Source: Chiloscyllium plagiosum (taxonomy: Eukaryota). From it: 64,000 nt of DNA. Below, piece by piece: positions 1 through 13,052 of the stretch (position 1 is the stretch's first letter; every line of letters begins with the position of its first letter). The notes beneath the pieces are model-generated. The model did no database searches and was not told the DNA's origin. It saw only the letters and a list, made by a program, of their open reading frames with translations. Both the position numbers and the translations under genes were made by a program. Location of the stretch: the NCBI RefSeq assembly GCF_004010195.1, contig NC_057728.1:53526174-53590173 (forward strand). Reading direction: 5' to 3'.

Positions 1-285
1 TCTGCTGTGGGTTACTGTCTACAAAGAACAGGGCCCTTTGTATTAATCTGTGTAGCTTCTAGTACATACAAGTGTGACATACTGCAAACATGACTGAAAT
101 CCTAAATTGGTTGTCAGAAACAACATATCCTTACACTGTACCTGTTTCAACTCAGCAAAATAGACAACAGCTGAGGTTCACTGTCAGGGCAATCTTGATC
201 AATCAGAGTCAACCTGCCTTGTTTAAAATCTAACTAAAGTTTGACTGTTAACTGTCAATAATCATCAACTGGTGCATCTCCACAG

Positions 286-996
286 TGTTACGTCACAGGG
301 TAAACCTTCCTGCTTAACTTAAACCAGCAATGCAGAAAAGATTTATCCTGTGCAGTAATCTGTGAAAATTAGAGAGGCCACGACCTATTTAAAGTAAAAA
401 TTAACAACTTTATTTCTTAAAGTATAACAGAGAATAATTAACCAACAACTATTTACAATGCCTTCCTCTAACCTATCTGTTACTTTCCTTCTATCATACT
501 AGTCCAATAAAACCCCAGATGAAGATTTACCAAAAATTCAACTTTTCAAAACCTGCCAGATGTGAATTTTCTCTTTATGTCATCATCCATCTTCTTTTCT
601 TCTTAGGGATTTCTGTTTCACTGATCAATAAGGGTATCTTTAAGAGAGCTATTCTCTGGGCAGTCTGCAGATGCAGGTGGCTTGGCAGTTCTCCTCCCAA
701 CTGTTCAGTTTCCCCAGTGTTATATCCCCCCCCCACAAAGCATCAGATTGTGTCATTGGCTTTTAAGATTGTCAATATACTAAATTCAAGCTGGATTGAA
801 TATTGGTATTTTTTAGAATATAATTTAAACTGATTGGCCTAATTTGAATCTGTTCTGTCATTTCCAGGCAACCAGCTACCCTAGCTACCGGCCCAAAAGA
901 TTACATTGTATCTTGTTAAGAACACTTGGTGCTATCAGGTAGTTCTGCTAGCTTTTATCTCTCTTAAAGGTACAATACACCCACATCTTCATAACA
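286..996 (-). repeat. 3' LTR of the Gmr1-like element
   Basis: TGTTA...ATAACA termini; colinear with 6142-6874. Purine-rich tract aaaggggagc lies immediately upstream on the minus strand (997-1006). Confidence 0.9.
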
Positions 997-3900
997 GCTC
1001 CCCTTTAAAAAAAGAACCATCATAATGAAAAGATGGCTGCATTTTTTCTCTATTCTTTAAACACATTACCTTACTATACCGATAACTTTAATCTAAGTTC
1101 ACCTTACCTCTTTCCCCGTAACTGTAAATATGTATAACATTAAATAAACACAAACCTCATCTTAAACTTTATCAGTTAAATCCGCAATAAGGCATCTTCT
1201 ATTACATTCTTATAACCCGCAATATGTATGATTTTTAAAATAAAAGTCTGTAACATGAGACCCCAATGAAATAGTCTCATATTCTTGACTTTAAAGCATT
1301 CTAAGAATGTAAGACGATTGTGATTCGTGTACACCACCGTCTCCAACACATTGTTCGTGACATACACATTAAAATGCTATAAGGTTCTTTTTCAATTGTG
1401 GAGTATTTCCTCTGATGGATGTTGATCTTCTTCAAAAAGTGACCAACTAACAATTCAATCCCATCCTTATCTTCCTGTAGTAATACAGTTCCAACTCCTA
1501 TGTCACTAGCATTGATGGCAACTTTAAAAGGCTTTGAAAGGTTTGGTGTAGCTAAAACTGGTTTGGTGGTTAATATTGATTTCAGATCGTTGAATGATGC
1601 CTGGTATTGCTCTGTCCACCGAAGCTTTGTGTTCTTCTTCAGCAAATTGGTTAACAGTGTCACTATGCTGCTGAAGTTTGGAACAAACTTCTGATAGAAT
1701 CTGCTGAGTCCTAAGAATCAAAGCATCTCTTTTTTCAAGGTTGGTTGTGGAAATTCCTCGATGGCCTTTGTCTTTGTCTTCTGTGAGGTCAACCTTCCAT
1801 GACAGATGTTATGTCCCAAGCACATCACCTCTGCTTTCGCGAATTTCATTTTATTTAAGTTTATCACCAGTTTTGCTTCACATAGTGGTTCCAAGAGCTC
1901 TGTCAACTGTACCATGTGATCTTTTCAGGACTGACTAAAGATCACTACAATGCCCAAATAGATTGTACAGTTTGTTAACTCAGCCACAACTCTGTTCATG
2001 ATTCTTTGGAATGTGGTGGGTGTGTTCTTCATTCCAAAGGGCATCATTTTAAACTGATATAGCCCATTTGGGGTTACAAATGCAGAAATTTCTTTTGACT
2101 CTGATAAAAGAAAAGGTACCTGTCAGTAACCACGGATTAAGTCCAACTTGTGATGTAGCAGGCTTGTCTGACTTTCTCAATACAGTCCTCCAATCTAGGA
2201 ATTGGATTTGAGTCTGATTTTGTAACGGCGTTGACCTTCCAATAATCCATGTGGCATCATTGAATCTCGTCCGGTTTGGGAACTAAGATGATCTGTGAAC
2301 TCCACTTGCTCTGGCTTGGTTCGATGATGTCCTCATCAAGCATGGCCTCCACCTCGATCTGGACCTGTCTGGCTTTGAAAAGGATTAAGCCGATATGGGT
2401 TTTGTTTTATTGGAGCAGTACTTCCTAATCTACAATATCTTCATGTACAATATCATTAGTCCTCCCCATCTGATTCTTACGTATGTCCTTATACTGCAAT
2501 AACAAATCTTTCAACTGCGTACTACGCTCCTGAGACAGATAGCTTATAACCAATCCCATTCTTCAATGACTTCTTCATCTTTTAATCTATTTTGAGGCAC
2601 ATCAAAATCCACATCATCTAGATTAGATTCCTCACTCTGCGGGGCAGTAACTAACATCTGTTTCTCCAGTTCATTCTCTCTAGTATAACACGGTTTCAAC
2701 ATATTCAGATGACATACCTGATACTTTTTTTTATATCTGGCATCTTCACTAGATAGTTCACCTGACTCTTTTTCTCTATTTGAAAGGGACCACAAAACCT
2801 GGCTTTGAAGGGATCTCCTATCACTGGTAACAGTACTAACACATCATCCCCTCGGAAAAATGTCTGAGTCTCAGAGCTTTTATCTGTCACCTGTTTCATT
2901 CCATGCCGTGTCCTGTTTAGGTGCTGTTTAGCTAACTCACCTACTCGATTTAGTCTCTCCCTCACCTCTGATATGTAATCTAAGTGTGAGATCTCTGACT
3001 TTGGTCTTGTCAATTTTTCTTTAATTAATTCAAAGGACCTTTCACTTCATGCCCGAATATTAACTCGAAGGGAGTGAAAAGAGTATCTTCATTTGGGGCA
3101 TCTCTAATGGCAAACAATACAAAGGGGATACCTTGATCCCAATCATTCGGGTAGTCCTGACAGTATGCTCTCAACATGGTCTTCAATGTTTGATGTCACT
3201 TTTCTAAAGCTCCCTGGGATTCAGGATGATACACACTGGATTTAAAGTGCTATATACCGAAACTATCCATAACCTCCTTAAACAGTCTAGCAGTAAAATT
3301 TGACACTTGGTCCAACTGAATCTCTCGGGGTAGCCCATACCGTATGAAGAAAGCTACTAACTCCTCTACCACCTTTTTTGCCTTGATACTCTGTAATGGA
3401 ATTGCCTCCGGAAATTTGGTAGACACATCCATTATAGTTAACAAGTACTGGTTCCCACTTTTAGTTCTCAGGAGAGGACCTAAACAATCAATTATAACCT
3501 GTGTGAAAGGTTCTTCAAATGCAGTAATTGGCAACAAAGGTGCTGGTTTTATTACCGCCTGTGGCTTATCTATCATTTGGCATATATGACACACCTTCTG
3601 CATTCCAGGCCAATAGAAATGTTTTTGTACCTTAGTCTGAGTCTTTCATACCCCCAGGTGACTTCCTATAGGTAATTCATGTGTTACCCGTAACACCTCC
3701 TGTCTCTATGCTACCGGCAACACAATCTGGTGCACTTTGAACCATTTCTTCTCTGCACTAACCATCCATGGTCTCCATTTCTGTCTTAAGATTCTATCTT
3801 TCAGATAATAACCTTCTGGAATATTTTCTGCCTCTTTTTTAGAATATGCATCCACATATATATCTTTGATTGTCTTGTCTTGTTGTTGCAAGTCTCTTAG

Positions 3901-4492
3901 CCTATCAGAACTAAGCACTTCAATCTGACCCTCTGCCTGTTCAGGTTTTTCCTGCACCATTACATCTAACAGGGTATCTGCTAGCTGAACCTCAACTCCT
4001 TCACCTTTTTTACTTTTCGCTACGTGCTGTGAGTTCTGATAGTGAGATCTGGTTACCACACAGACCCCGGGAAAATACCAGGATATTTCTGTTTTAACTC
4101 CTCAGTTTCTTGGTCTTCCTTGGGCTTCTACACAACAAGAGGTGTTTAACTTCCCACCTTGGACCCTGCCAAATCATTCCCAAGAGCAAAGTGAATTCCT
4201 GGAACTAACACTCTGTCAATCACTCCCACTGTAACTTACCCAGTCTTGAGTTGGCACTCCAACCTGATCTTACCTAGGGGAACACTAAAGTTCTGTCCAT
4301 CTATCCCACAAATTACCATACTCTTGGGTAACAGTTCAGAAAGACTGTATAATCGCCCCACCCTTACTATCAGTGACTGGTTAGATCCTGCATCTCTGAA
4401 AATTATAACTTCTTGTCCATCTCCCCCTGTTCTTTCTGAGTAAACTTTACTCACAGAGGAATTCTTTGCAGAGATCAGGTACTACCTCCATA

Positions 4493-4645
4493 GGAGACAG
4501 TGAGGTCTGCAGATCATGGAGATCAGAGTTAAGAGTGTGTTGTTAGAAAAGCACAGCAGGTCAGGCAGCATCCGAGAAGCAGGAGAATCAATGTTTCCTG
4601 CTCCTCCGGTGCTGCCTGACCTGCTGTGTTTTTCCAGCAACACAC
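4493..4645. mobile_element. Short fold-back Penelope-derived insertion (family A) nested in the gypsy element
   Basis: Inverted arms (gcacagcaggtcaggcagca / tgctgcctgacctgctgtg); 13-bp TSD tacta(c/a)ctccata at 4480-4492 and 4646-4658. Confidence 0.8.
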
Positions 4646-6120
4646 TACTAACTCCATACGCAGCCCCTGCCTAAGCTGTGCACTCTTCTGCAACTCCTCG
4701 GCTCTTCTTGGGGTCTCCTTTACTAACTTCATTAATGCCACTGGTTTAGCTTCTTTTAGCACATCTTTTCCCACAGTGCCTTTCTTTAAATACCAGAAAT
4801 GTGACATTGTGTGCCCCACTTTCTGGCAGTGAAAACACCTTTTGCCAGTGCCCTTTTGAGACCACCAGCACTGCAATTTTCTGTGTCCCACTCCATTACA
4901 GTGAAAACACCTGAGGCCTTTCACCTACTGTCCACCCTTTTGGAATTCTTTAACATGTGGTAAATTTTTACCAGTGTTCTCTACTCTTTGTTTCATCGTG
5001 TAGGATCTTCCCTTCTCCCAACTTTTATCCCTCACAGGACAAAATTCTAGCCGGAAGCTTGTCTTATGCACTAGCATGTACTCATCTGTTAATTCTGCTG
5101 CCCTTCTCACTTCCTGCATTTTCTGTTCCTCCACATAAATTCTTACCATCTCTGGGAGTGAGCTTTTAAACTCTTCCAGCAGAATAACCTCTCACAGAAC
5201 CTCAAAGGTTCTATCTATTTTCAAAGCACACACCCATCTATCAAAATGACTATGTTTAATTCTTTAGAACTCAACATAAGTCTGATCTAGTTCCTTCTTT
5301 GTGTTTCTGAACCATTGTCTATATGCTTCTGGTACCAATTCATAAGCACTTAAAATTGCCTGTTTAACCTCTTCATAATCGCTTGACACCTCATCTGACA
5401 ATGCGGCAAACACCTCACTGGCTCTGCCTACCAGTTTAGTCTGAACTAGCATTACCTATAAATCCTCAGACCACTCCATCTGGATAGCCAATTTTTCGAA
5501 TGAAATAAAGAAGGTTTCAACATCTTTCTAATCAAATGTGGCAGAGTTTGACATATTTATTTTAATCATTACCTTTTCTTTTAATCGCCATCCTGTTAAC
5601 TTGATTTTGCTGACTAAGTCTCAATTTCCCAAGCTCAAATTCTCTCTCTTTCTCTCTCTTCACTCTCTCTTTCTCTCTTCTCTCTCTTTCACTCTCCCTC
5701 TCTCTCCCTCTGTTTATCTTCTAACTCCATTTTCCTCAATTGTAATTTAAGGTTTTTCTACCTCTACTGTACTTGTCTGTTTCTCTGGTACATCTAAATG
5801 TTTGAGTAACTCCCTTACAATTTCAGCTTTGGTTAAACCCAAATCTAACTTACTTGCTAATTCTAAAAATATGGCCTTTTTCTTTCCTTCTAAACTTTCT
5901 TGGCAAATTTGAGGATCATCTTCAAATTCCAGAACCTCTTTAGCAATTTTAAGAGCCATTTCTCTCACTTTTAGTTTAATCAACCACAAGTCACCAAAAT
6001 TAAACAAATTACCTCACCTATGGTTTATTTAAGGATCTAGGACACTAACCTGTCAGTGTTTAAATCTATTGGGACTTTTCATACCCCCAAATCTATTCAA
6101 ATCTGTCTAAACCAGTTCAA

Positions 6121-6138
6121 ATCCTGGATGGGCCCCCA
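6121..6138 (-). promoter_or_regulatory. Primer-binding site, tRNA-Pro type
   Basis: Minus strand reads TGGGGGCCCATCCAGGAT, 15/18 identical to the canonical tRNA-Pro PBS TGGGGGCTCGTCCGGGAT, 3 nt from the 5' LTR. Confidence 0.8.
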
Positions 6139-6141
6139 AAC

Positions 6142-6874
6142 AGTTACGTCAGGGGGTATACCCTCTGACTTAATTTAAACCAGAAACACAAAAAAGACAT
6201 CCTAGGCATTAATCTGTGAAAATTCAAGAGGCCAAGAACTATTTAAGGTATAAATTAACAACTTTATTTCTTAAAGTATAAAGAGAATAATTCACTAACA
6301 TCTATTTACAACTCATTCCTCTAACCTATCTTTTACTTTCTCTGTTATAATACTAGTCTGATAAAACCCCTGATTAAGATTTACCAAAAATTTAAATTTT
6401 CAAAACCAGATAGATGCCGAATCTTTTCTTTATATCTTCCTTGGTCTTCTTTTCTTCTTCTTAGGGGTTTGTTTCACAGGTTACTGATCGATAAAGGTAC
6501 CTTTCAGAGAGCTATTCTCCAGGCAGTCTCCAAATGCTGGTGGCTTAGCAGTTCTCCTCCCAACTGTTCAATTTTCCCACTCTTATTACTGCCCCCCCGC
6601 CCCCCACAAAAGCATTGGATTATGTAATTGACTTTTAAGATTAAGATTGTCAATATACTAAATTCAAACTTGATTGGAAGTTGGTATTTTTCGGGGTATA
6701 ATTTAAACAGATTGGCCAAATTTGAATCTGTTTTGTCATTTCCAGGCAACCAGCTATCCTAGCTACTGGACCAAAAGATTACATTATATCTTGTTGAGAA
6801 AACTCGGCACTGTCAGGTAGTTCTGCTAGCTTTTGACACTCTTAAAGCTACAGTACAACCACATCTCCATAATA
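6142..6874 (-). repeat. 5' LTR of the Gmr1-like element
   Basis: Diverged direct repeat of 286-996 with mutated termini (AGTTAC...ATAATA). Confidence 0.88.
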
Positions 6875-7611
6875 ACGGCAATGCCACTATCAATCAGATT
6901 CCACCTGTCAACCAATCAGCACTGTCTTATCAAGCATTAAAAATATTGGTTTTACTCTTAAATTGTATTCTTGCAAATTATCTTGATGAATACATGATGA
7001 AAAACAAAAATAAATTAATACTATTTTCTGTAGAAAACTGAAATGGGGAAGCTCTGTATCTAGTTATCTCAGATGCAAATCAGACTCATAGAATGTAACT
7101 TCACTGTTGAAAGTACAGTTAAGTGTTGCAGGATTCAACAGTTAGTAATATAGAGGTAATCTGAGATTCTAAAAGCAGAACTAAAGAGCACACAGTTACA
7201 ACTTTAAATGAAACTATCACTAACTCCTCACTGTCACTGGGTTAAAATTCTGGAACTCATCTCCACAGTACTCAGGTGTTCCCAGATCACATGGACTGCA
7301 GTGGTTTAAGGAGGCAGCTCATCACCATCTTCTTAAAGGCAAAAAGGATAATTGCTGGCCTAATCAGTGACATCCAAAGCTCACGAATAGATCAGAGAAA
7401 AACTAGACATGGCAGGTGGGGTGCAGGAGGAATTACTTTCTTCATTAGCACTGTCATTCAGGAGGCTTGCCTTTCAGATAACAGATAGAAAAATGTAGAG
7501 CTGTACAGATATATATAATTGGTGGGCTTTCTGAAGGCAGGACAAATTTGAAAAATGGGCTTACATGAGGTCAGATCCCTTTATGACTGTATGGAATATA
7601 ATTCCAATACA

Positions 7612-7715
7612 AGGAGGTAGGTGCTGAAAATATGTTGCTGGAAAAGTGCAGCAGGTCAGGCAGCATCCAAGGAGCAGGAGAATCGACATTTTGGGCATAA
7701 GCCCTTCTTTAGGAA
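7612..7715 (-). mobile_element. Penelope-derived terminal repeat fragment (family A)
   Basis: gctggaaaagtgcagcaggtcaggcagcatccaaggagcaggagaatcgac...gggcataagcccttct, same family as 43965-44163. Confidence 0.7.
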
Positions 7716-8284
7716 GAAAGAAAATGCTTGGTGCATTTATTTGGACTGAGGTGATGAACAGATTTGACTTCAGTTAGCCAGTGGATGTAGTCAGTGTTGA
7801 TTCTCTGTCTCCTTTGAAATGGGAGCTGGACAAGTTGAGTGGGGCAGCAATCATATTGTGGGGTAAACAATCTTTTTTGTTTAGAATTGCGGCAGTCCAT
7901 GTGTTCTCCTGGAATTGTTTCAGACACCTGAAGTGGGCAGAGTGGAACTTTCTAGAATATTTATTCGCTATGAAACTGGTTTATATCTTTGTCACGGGCT
8001 CCAAAATTTTCCAGAAGATTACATGGTTCTTGAAGTTCTGAGGGAACATTGATGGCAATATGTGGTTTGTGGGGAGGTGGGGATGGGCTAATGAGGGATA
8101 GAAGTTTTAGTCATGACTCCTCAATCATCTTGAAGTGTGGACAGATTGATGGGTCCACTGTCCAGTTTGCAAATTGGTAACACTTCTCACATGAGATGTT
8201 CATCTGATTTGATGCCAAACAAGAAGTGTCACAGAACATTTTTATTTTATCCACTGTATTTTTCCTTTCAGGGCAGTTGTAAAC

Positions 8285-9152
8285 ATGAAAGTTGCGATCC
8301 AATCTGTTCTAGTTGTTTTATTCCTAACTGGAGGCATTTGGAGCCAGGATCTAACAAACTATTTAGAGCGTCTAGAATACTTTTATGAATGCCCGAAAGA
8401 GTGTCGATGCCCTTCTACTTATTCAAATGCCCTGTACTGTGACAACCAAAACCTCAAAGAGATGCCCAAAATGCCATCAAGGGTTTTGTATGGGTACATT
8501 CAGAACAATTTCATCGAAGCACTCCCAGAAAAGTCCTTCAAGAACAAAACCCAATTGAGATGGATAAATCTAAATAAGAATAAGATTACAAGCGACAACA
8601 TTGATAAAGGCCTGTTTCAGAAGATGGAAAATCTGCTTCACCTGTACATGGATGATAATAATCTTGAAGAAGTGCCTGCACCCCTGCCAAGCAGCTTAGA
8701 GCATCTTCGCCTGGCCAGGAATAAGATTTCTCGCATATCAGAGGGAGCTTTCACCAACCTGGACAAACTGATATTGCTTGACCTGCAAGGCAACAACTTG
8801 AAAGACTTTGCCATTGAGGTGAACACATTTCAAGGGCTGAAGAGTCTACTGCAGCTTAATTTGGCCAAGAATGGCCTCAAGGAAATGCCCCCACAAATCC
8901 CCAGTTCAACTCTGCAACTCTTCTTGGACAATAACTCCATTAAAGCCATCCCACAGGACTACTTCAGTGGACTTCCAAAGCTGTCTTTCGTCAGGCTAAA
9001 TCATAACAAGATTTCCGACACTGGAATTCCTGAGTTTGTTTTTAACGTCTCATCCATAATAGACTTGCAGTTGTCACACAATCAACTCACTATAGTTCCA
9101 CCCATCCATCTCAGTCTTGAACACTTGTACCTCGACCACAACCAAATCAAAA
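8285..9152 (+). CDS. KERA: Keratocan, first coding exon (signal peptide, Cys cluster, LRRs)
   Basis: ORF has a hydrophobic signal peptide, the class II SLRP CX3CXCX9C cluster (CPKECRCPSTYSNALYC) and LRRs with keratocan-like motifs (TQLRWINLNKNKIT, QLFLDNNSI, DLQLSHNQLT). Acceptor tttcctttcag ends at 8271; donor A|gtaagt at 9152/9153 (phase 1). Confidence 0.93.
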
Positions 9153-9281
9153 GTAAGTCACAGGTTATTATAAAAGCTTATTGTTTTGATAATACACTTT
9201 TCAGTTTTCGAAAATAATTAAATGAAAGGAGTTGTCGAAATCATAAGGGGGTTGGATAGAGCAGATAGGATTAAGCTATCA

Positions 9282-9640
9282 GGGCAGCATGGTGGCTCAG
9301 TGGTTAGCACTGCTGCCTCACAGTGCCAGGGACCTGGGTTCAATTCCAGCCTCGGGCGACTATCTTTGTGGAGCTTGTGCATTCTGCCTGTGTCTGAGCA
9401 CTCCTCTGGGTGCTCTGGTTTCCTCCCACAATCCAAAGATGTGTAGTTTAGGTGAATTGGCCATGCTAAATTGTCCATTGTGTTCAGGGATGTGTAGGTT
9501 AGGTGCATTAGTCAGGGATAAATATAGAGCAATAGGTTAGGGGAATGGGTCCGGCTGGGTTATTCTTCAGAGCATTAATGTGGACTTGTTGGGCTGAAGA
9601 GCCTGTTTCCACATTGTAGGAATCCTAATTCTAATTCTGA
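9282..9640 (+). mobile_element. HE1-like tRNA-derived SINE in the KERA intron
   Basis: tRNA-like A box (tggctcagtgg) and B box (ggttcaattcc), conserved body, CR1-like 3' end and degenerate (ctaat)n tail. Six copies in the window. Confidence 0.85.
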
Positions 9641-9984
9641 TTATATTTGTAAAAGAATGAAGATGAGAGGAAATAGATTTAAAAGTGATTTGCAAAAGAA
9701 GCAAATGTGATATGTGAAAAAAAATTACAGAAGGTTAAAGTAAACTAGAAATTAGTCTTAAAAATAAAATCTTAAAGGAACTTCAAAGGGTGAGGCTGTT
9801 GGTTGTATATAAGCTGGCGGGAGATTGACAAAGGCACTACCACAAAATCACAGACTGAAGAGGCGATTTGAAATTGCCCACTGTCGACAGAGGGTGATTG
9901 GGATGTTCTCATCATCATGCTGACTTGAAACATTGCCATAAAGGTTAATACAGTTAATAAGGTCAATAATTTCATGGGTTTTAT

Positions 9985-10555
9985 TAATGGAGTGTAGAGT
10001 ACAAAAGAAAAGAGACTTTGTTGAACTTGTTAAGACACTAGTTCAGTCTTAGCTGGAGTACTGCATCCAATTCTGACACTGCACTTTCAGGAGGTTGTAA
10101 AGGCATTGGAGAGAGTGCAGACAAAATTCACCAGAATGATTCTAGACAGTTACAAAGGTAGAATAGAAATTTGGGATAATTTCCTTGGAGAAAGGTCAGA
10201 CTGAGAGGAGTGTTGATAGAGGCATATTCAAAATCATTAAGGGTCTGGACATTGTAAGTAGGGATAAAACTTCTTCTCAAACCTAAAAGATCAAGTACAA
10301 GAAGGGATGGATTTAAAGTAATTGGCAAACACAGCAAAAGTAATTATGGATAAAAGGCATTTCAATGCAATGAGTGTTTAATGTCTGGCATGCATTGTCT
10401 ACTTGTGTATAGAGCTACATTCAGTTAAAGCCTTCAAAAACTGTTACCTGCAGGGTTGAGGAAGAAAGTAGGAGAAAGGTATTAAGTGAAAAGTTCATTC
10501 AGAGAGTTGGTGCAGATATGATGGGCTGAGTACCTTGTAATATTTCTGTGATTTT
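9985..10555 (+). mobile_element. Old CR1-like LINE 3' fragment
   Basis: Degenerate ctggagtactgcatccaattctg...gagagagtgcaga motif matching the younger CR1 copies. Confidence 0.6.
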
Positions 10556-11034
10556 GATGTTAATGGAAAATTGGAATAATAGGAAATCATAATTTTGGGA
10601 CAGGAAGCAAGAGTGCTCCTGATGTATTTTTTAAACACAACATAGATGTGACCTCTTTACAACAATTTCCTTTGATATAGAACCCTGTTGCTATTAAGTC
10701 TCTGAAAATCTGATGTTTAAAATTAATCAAAAGTTTTTTCCCGTGGAGTAAGAAACATCTGTGAGGGACAATTTTATGAATTCAATCTTTGCCAACTGAT
10801 TGCATAAAGCAGAGAATTGCAGCATGACGTCCATTGAAGTTGATGGGCAATATCCTGAAGTGCATCACTGCAGGCAAGATTGCTGACTGATCTCTTGCAC
10901 ATGGGGAAAAAATGATTCTTCCAAGTAATAAATTTGTTATATTCTTTGTCACCAATTCAAGTTTCCTTTCATACTTTACATATTGGAAATGCACTTGGAC
11001 AAACTCTTTACTGGTGTATGTTCATACATGGACA

Positions 11035-11520
11035 CATGAATTCAGAGCAGGAGTAGGCTAATCAGCCTCTTGATCATGTTTTCACCATTCAATAAGATCA
11101 TGCCTGATCTGTGATTTCAACTCCACATTCCCAACTCATTCCCTATATCCCAATCGTAATAAACTTTGACTCGTAGAGTTCACAGAGTCATACATTTTAG
11201 AAACAGATCCTTTGGCCCACCATGTCCCCTGACAAACAAACACTAAACTGCACTAATCTCATTTACCTGCATTTAATACACAGCCTGTGATGCTCTGGCA
11301 TTTTAAGTACTCATCCAAATGCTTCCTAAATGTTGTGAGAGTACCTGCCTCTACCACTCTTGAAGCACCACATTCCATATTTCTACCACCTTCTGGGTGA
11401 AGAAACCTTTCCTCAGATCTCCTTGAAACTAATTACTTCTCACCTTAGTCTTGTCCCCTCTAGGAAAAAGATTCTCATGATCGACCTGGTCAATGCCTCT
11501 CATACTTTCGTATACTTCAT
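11035..11520 (-). mobile_element. CR1-like LINE 3' fragments
   Basis: Reverse-complement CR1 3' ends (agagtcata tail; cctgcctctaccact; tgggtgaagaaac). Confidence 0.55.
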
Positions 11521-11949
11521 TGTTATGACTCCCTGATGGCCTTCATGAAATCCTTCTGCATTTTGAAAGCCTTTTTTTTGTCTCTAGTGCTTCTCTTTGC
11601 ATTTCAGGGGAACTATGCTCTTTGAGTGGCATGCTAATTGAAGAGTGCATGGCTCACTGCAACACTGTTATTGAGACTCTTCATTATTATGATGTCCTGG
11701 CACAGATCCAGCATCAATAATGCAGTTACTCAGCTGGGAAGTTATTTGGAGTCAGCCCAATCCCTTCCTGATTTGAATTGTCTATTTTTCTCCAGAGAGA
11801 TAGAAAGAGAAAGAGAGAATGAATTCACCACCCACTTATTCTGTTAAAATTCTGAACAATATCAATGAATATAAGTCCTTATTGAAAATATTCAATATCT
11901 CAAAATATAATATTTCTTCTTTGTTCTTGCTCATCAACTAGGTGTGATC

Positions 11950-12500
11950 ACAGTTCACAAAGGCCCTTCACTTTTCCTGATTTCTGGTAGAGGTCCTACT
12001 CCTCAATATCCTGTTGGTTCACAAGCATCAACCTCCTTCTTGACCTTACTGTCTTCCTCTTCCTGAGTCCACTTCATACTTGGTTCTTATAACATGATCG
12101 TCTGGCCTTTGTTGGATATACCTGTACTTCTCAGTCTTCTTTCCTGAGCTTGCTGGATTTTGGCTGCCATGATTTTTTTCCCCGATGCTCACATTCTGGG
12201 TCCAGTCTCATCCTGTGACTTGGCTGATCCACTTCAACATCCTCATCCCTGCCTCAATGAATCTTCTATTTTCCACTTCCTTCAAGAGCCAAGTTTCGCA
12301 CCCATACAACAATGCTGGTTGGGCACACAACTTAGTCAGGATGGCAATTTCTACTACCGGTCTTTTTATTATGCCAAAACTAACTTACAAAATTTTTTTA
12401 TTTTAAGATATGTCTTCAGTTCCAGTCTGGCTATGACAAGACCACATTATTGATCACACTGTCCTTCACTGCTCAATGTCATTACCAGTGCCTGTTGACC
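11950..12500 (-). mobile_element. RTE-clade LINE 3' remnant
   Basis: Minus translation PALLYGCETWLLKEVENRRF..MRMLKWI, typical of the RTE ORF C-terminal region. Confidence 0.6.
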
Positions 12501-13052
12501 TATTGAGCATTTACCAACCTTTAGATTATTCCTGACAGCCCACAAATAAGGTGAAGTAAATAAATGCAGTCTCTTTGGGTTTTCATTTGCACGGAATTTA
12601 CCCTAATGTTGGGATGTTCATAAGACATAGTCCGAAGACCTGTATTATGAAGATCCCCATGTGTTGCACATGCTCAAAGTCCGAAGGTCCATATCTTTAA
12701 AAGATGCCCACAATGAGATGGCAGTGTTCCTCTGAATACAAAACCTCTCTGTCTAGACCACTTTCCAGTAAACTTTGAAGAAAGTTCGAAAGTAGATTCA
12801 GTTCGAAAGTAGATTTCAGGTATTTAATGTGTTGCCATCCACCATCTCTCAATAAATGACATTCAAAAGCATCACTTTCTTCGTGTGATGAAGAAGCTGA
12901 GCCTCTAAAATGTGGGTAGAGGGAACAGAAAGTGAGCTACAATCATGTTTCTGGGGACTTTTGTTCATCTTTGACATGAAGCCCAAAGCTCAATATTATG
13001 TGCACCTTGGGCATAACTAGAAGGAAGAACCTGTAAAACTGCCCGGTATGAC

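Larger units (their letters stand above)
286..6874 (-). mobile_element. Full-length decayed Gmr1-like Ty3/gypsy LTR retrotransposon (gag-PR-IN-RT-RH)
   Basis: Two LTRs, PBS, PPT and a 4-bp TSD (ACAG 282-285 / ACGG 6875-6878). Minus-strand ORF fragments in order: gag/SCAN-like, CCHC knuckles, protease (FRDAGSNQS), integrase (IIDCLGPL..GNQYLLTIMD..FPEAIPL), RT (MPFGMKN), RNase H (KPFKVAINASDIGVG). Many stops and frameshifts. Confidence 0.92.

Noticed and set aside
519..833. 104-aa ORF and many other short ORFs in the track
   Set aside because: They fall in LTRs, SINEs or antisense/alternate frames of LINEs and have no independent coding evidence.
5640..5712. (CT)n microsatellite
   Set aside because: It is the antisense of the Glu/Arg-rich segment of the gypsy gag, not an independent feature.
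6975..7010. ttgatgaatacatgatgaaaa as a fourth hammerhead, in the repeat interrupted by the gypsy element
   Set aside because: Too degenerate to support from this copy alone.
9153..9217. C-terminal extension of the 310-aa ORF (SKSQVIIKAY...)
   Set aside because: Read-through into the intron past a strong gtaagt donor; the true C-terminus is in 14478-14650.
9282..9355. tRNA gene-like sequences (also at 29930, 47260 and 63496)
   Set aside because: These are SINE heads that continue into the SINE body; no complete cloverleaf.
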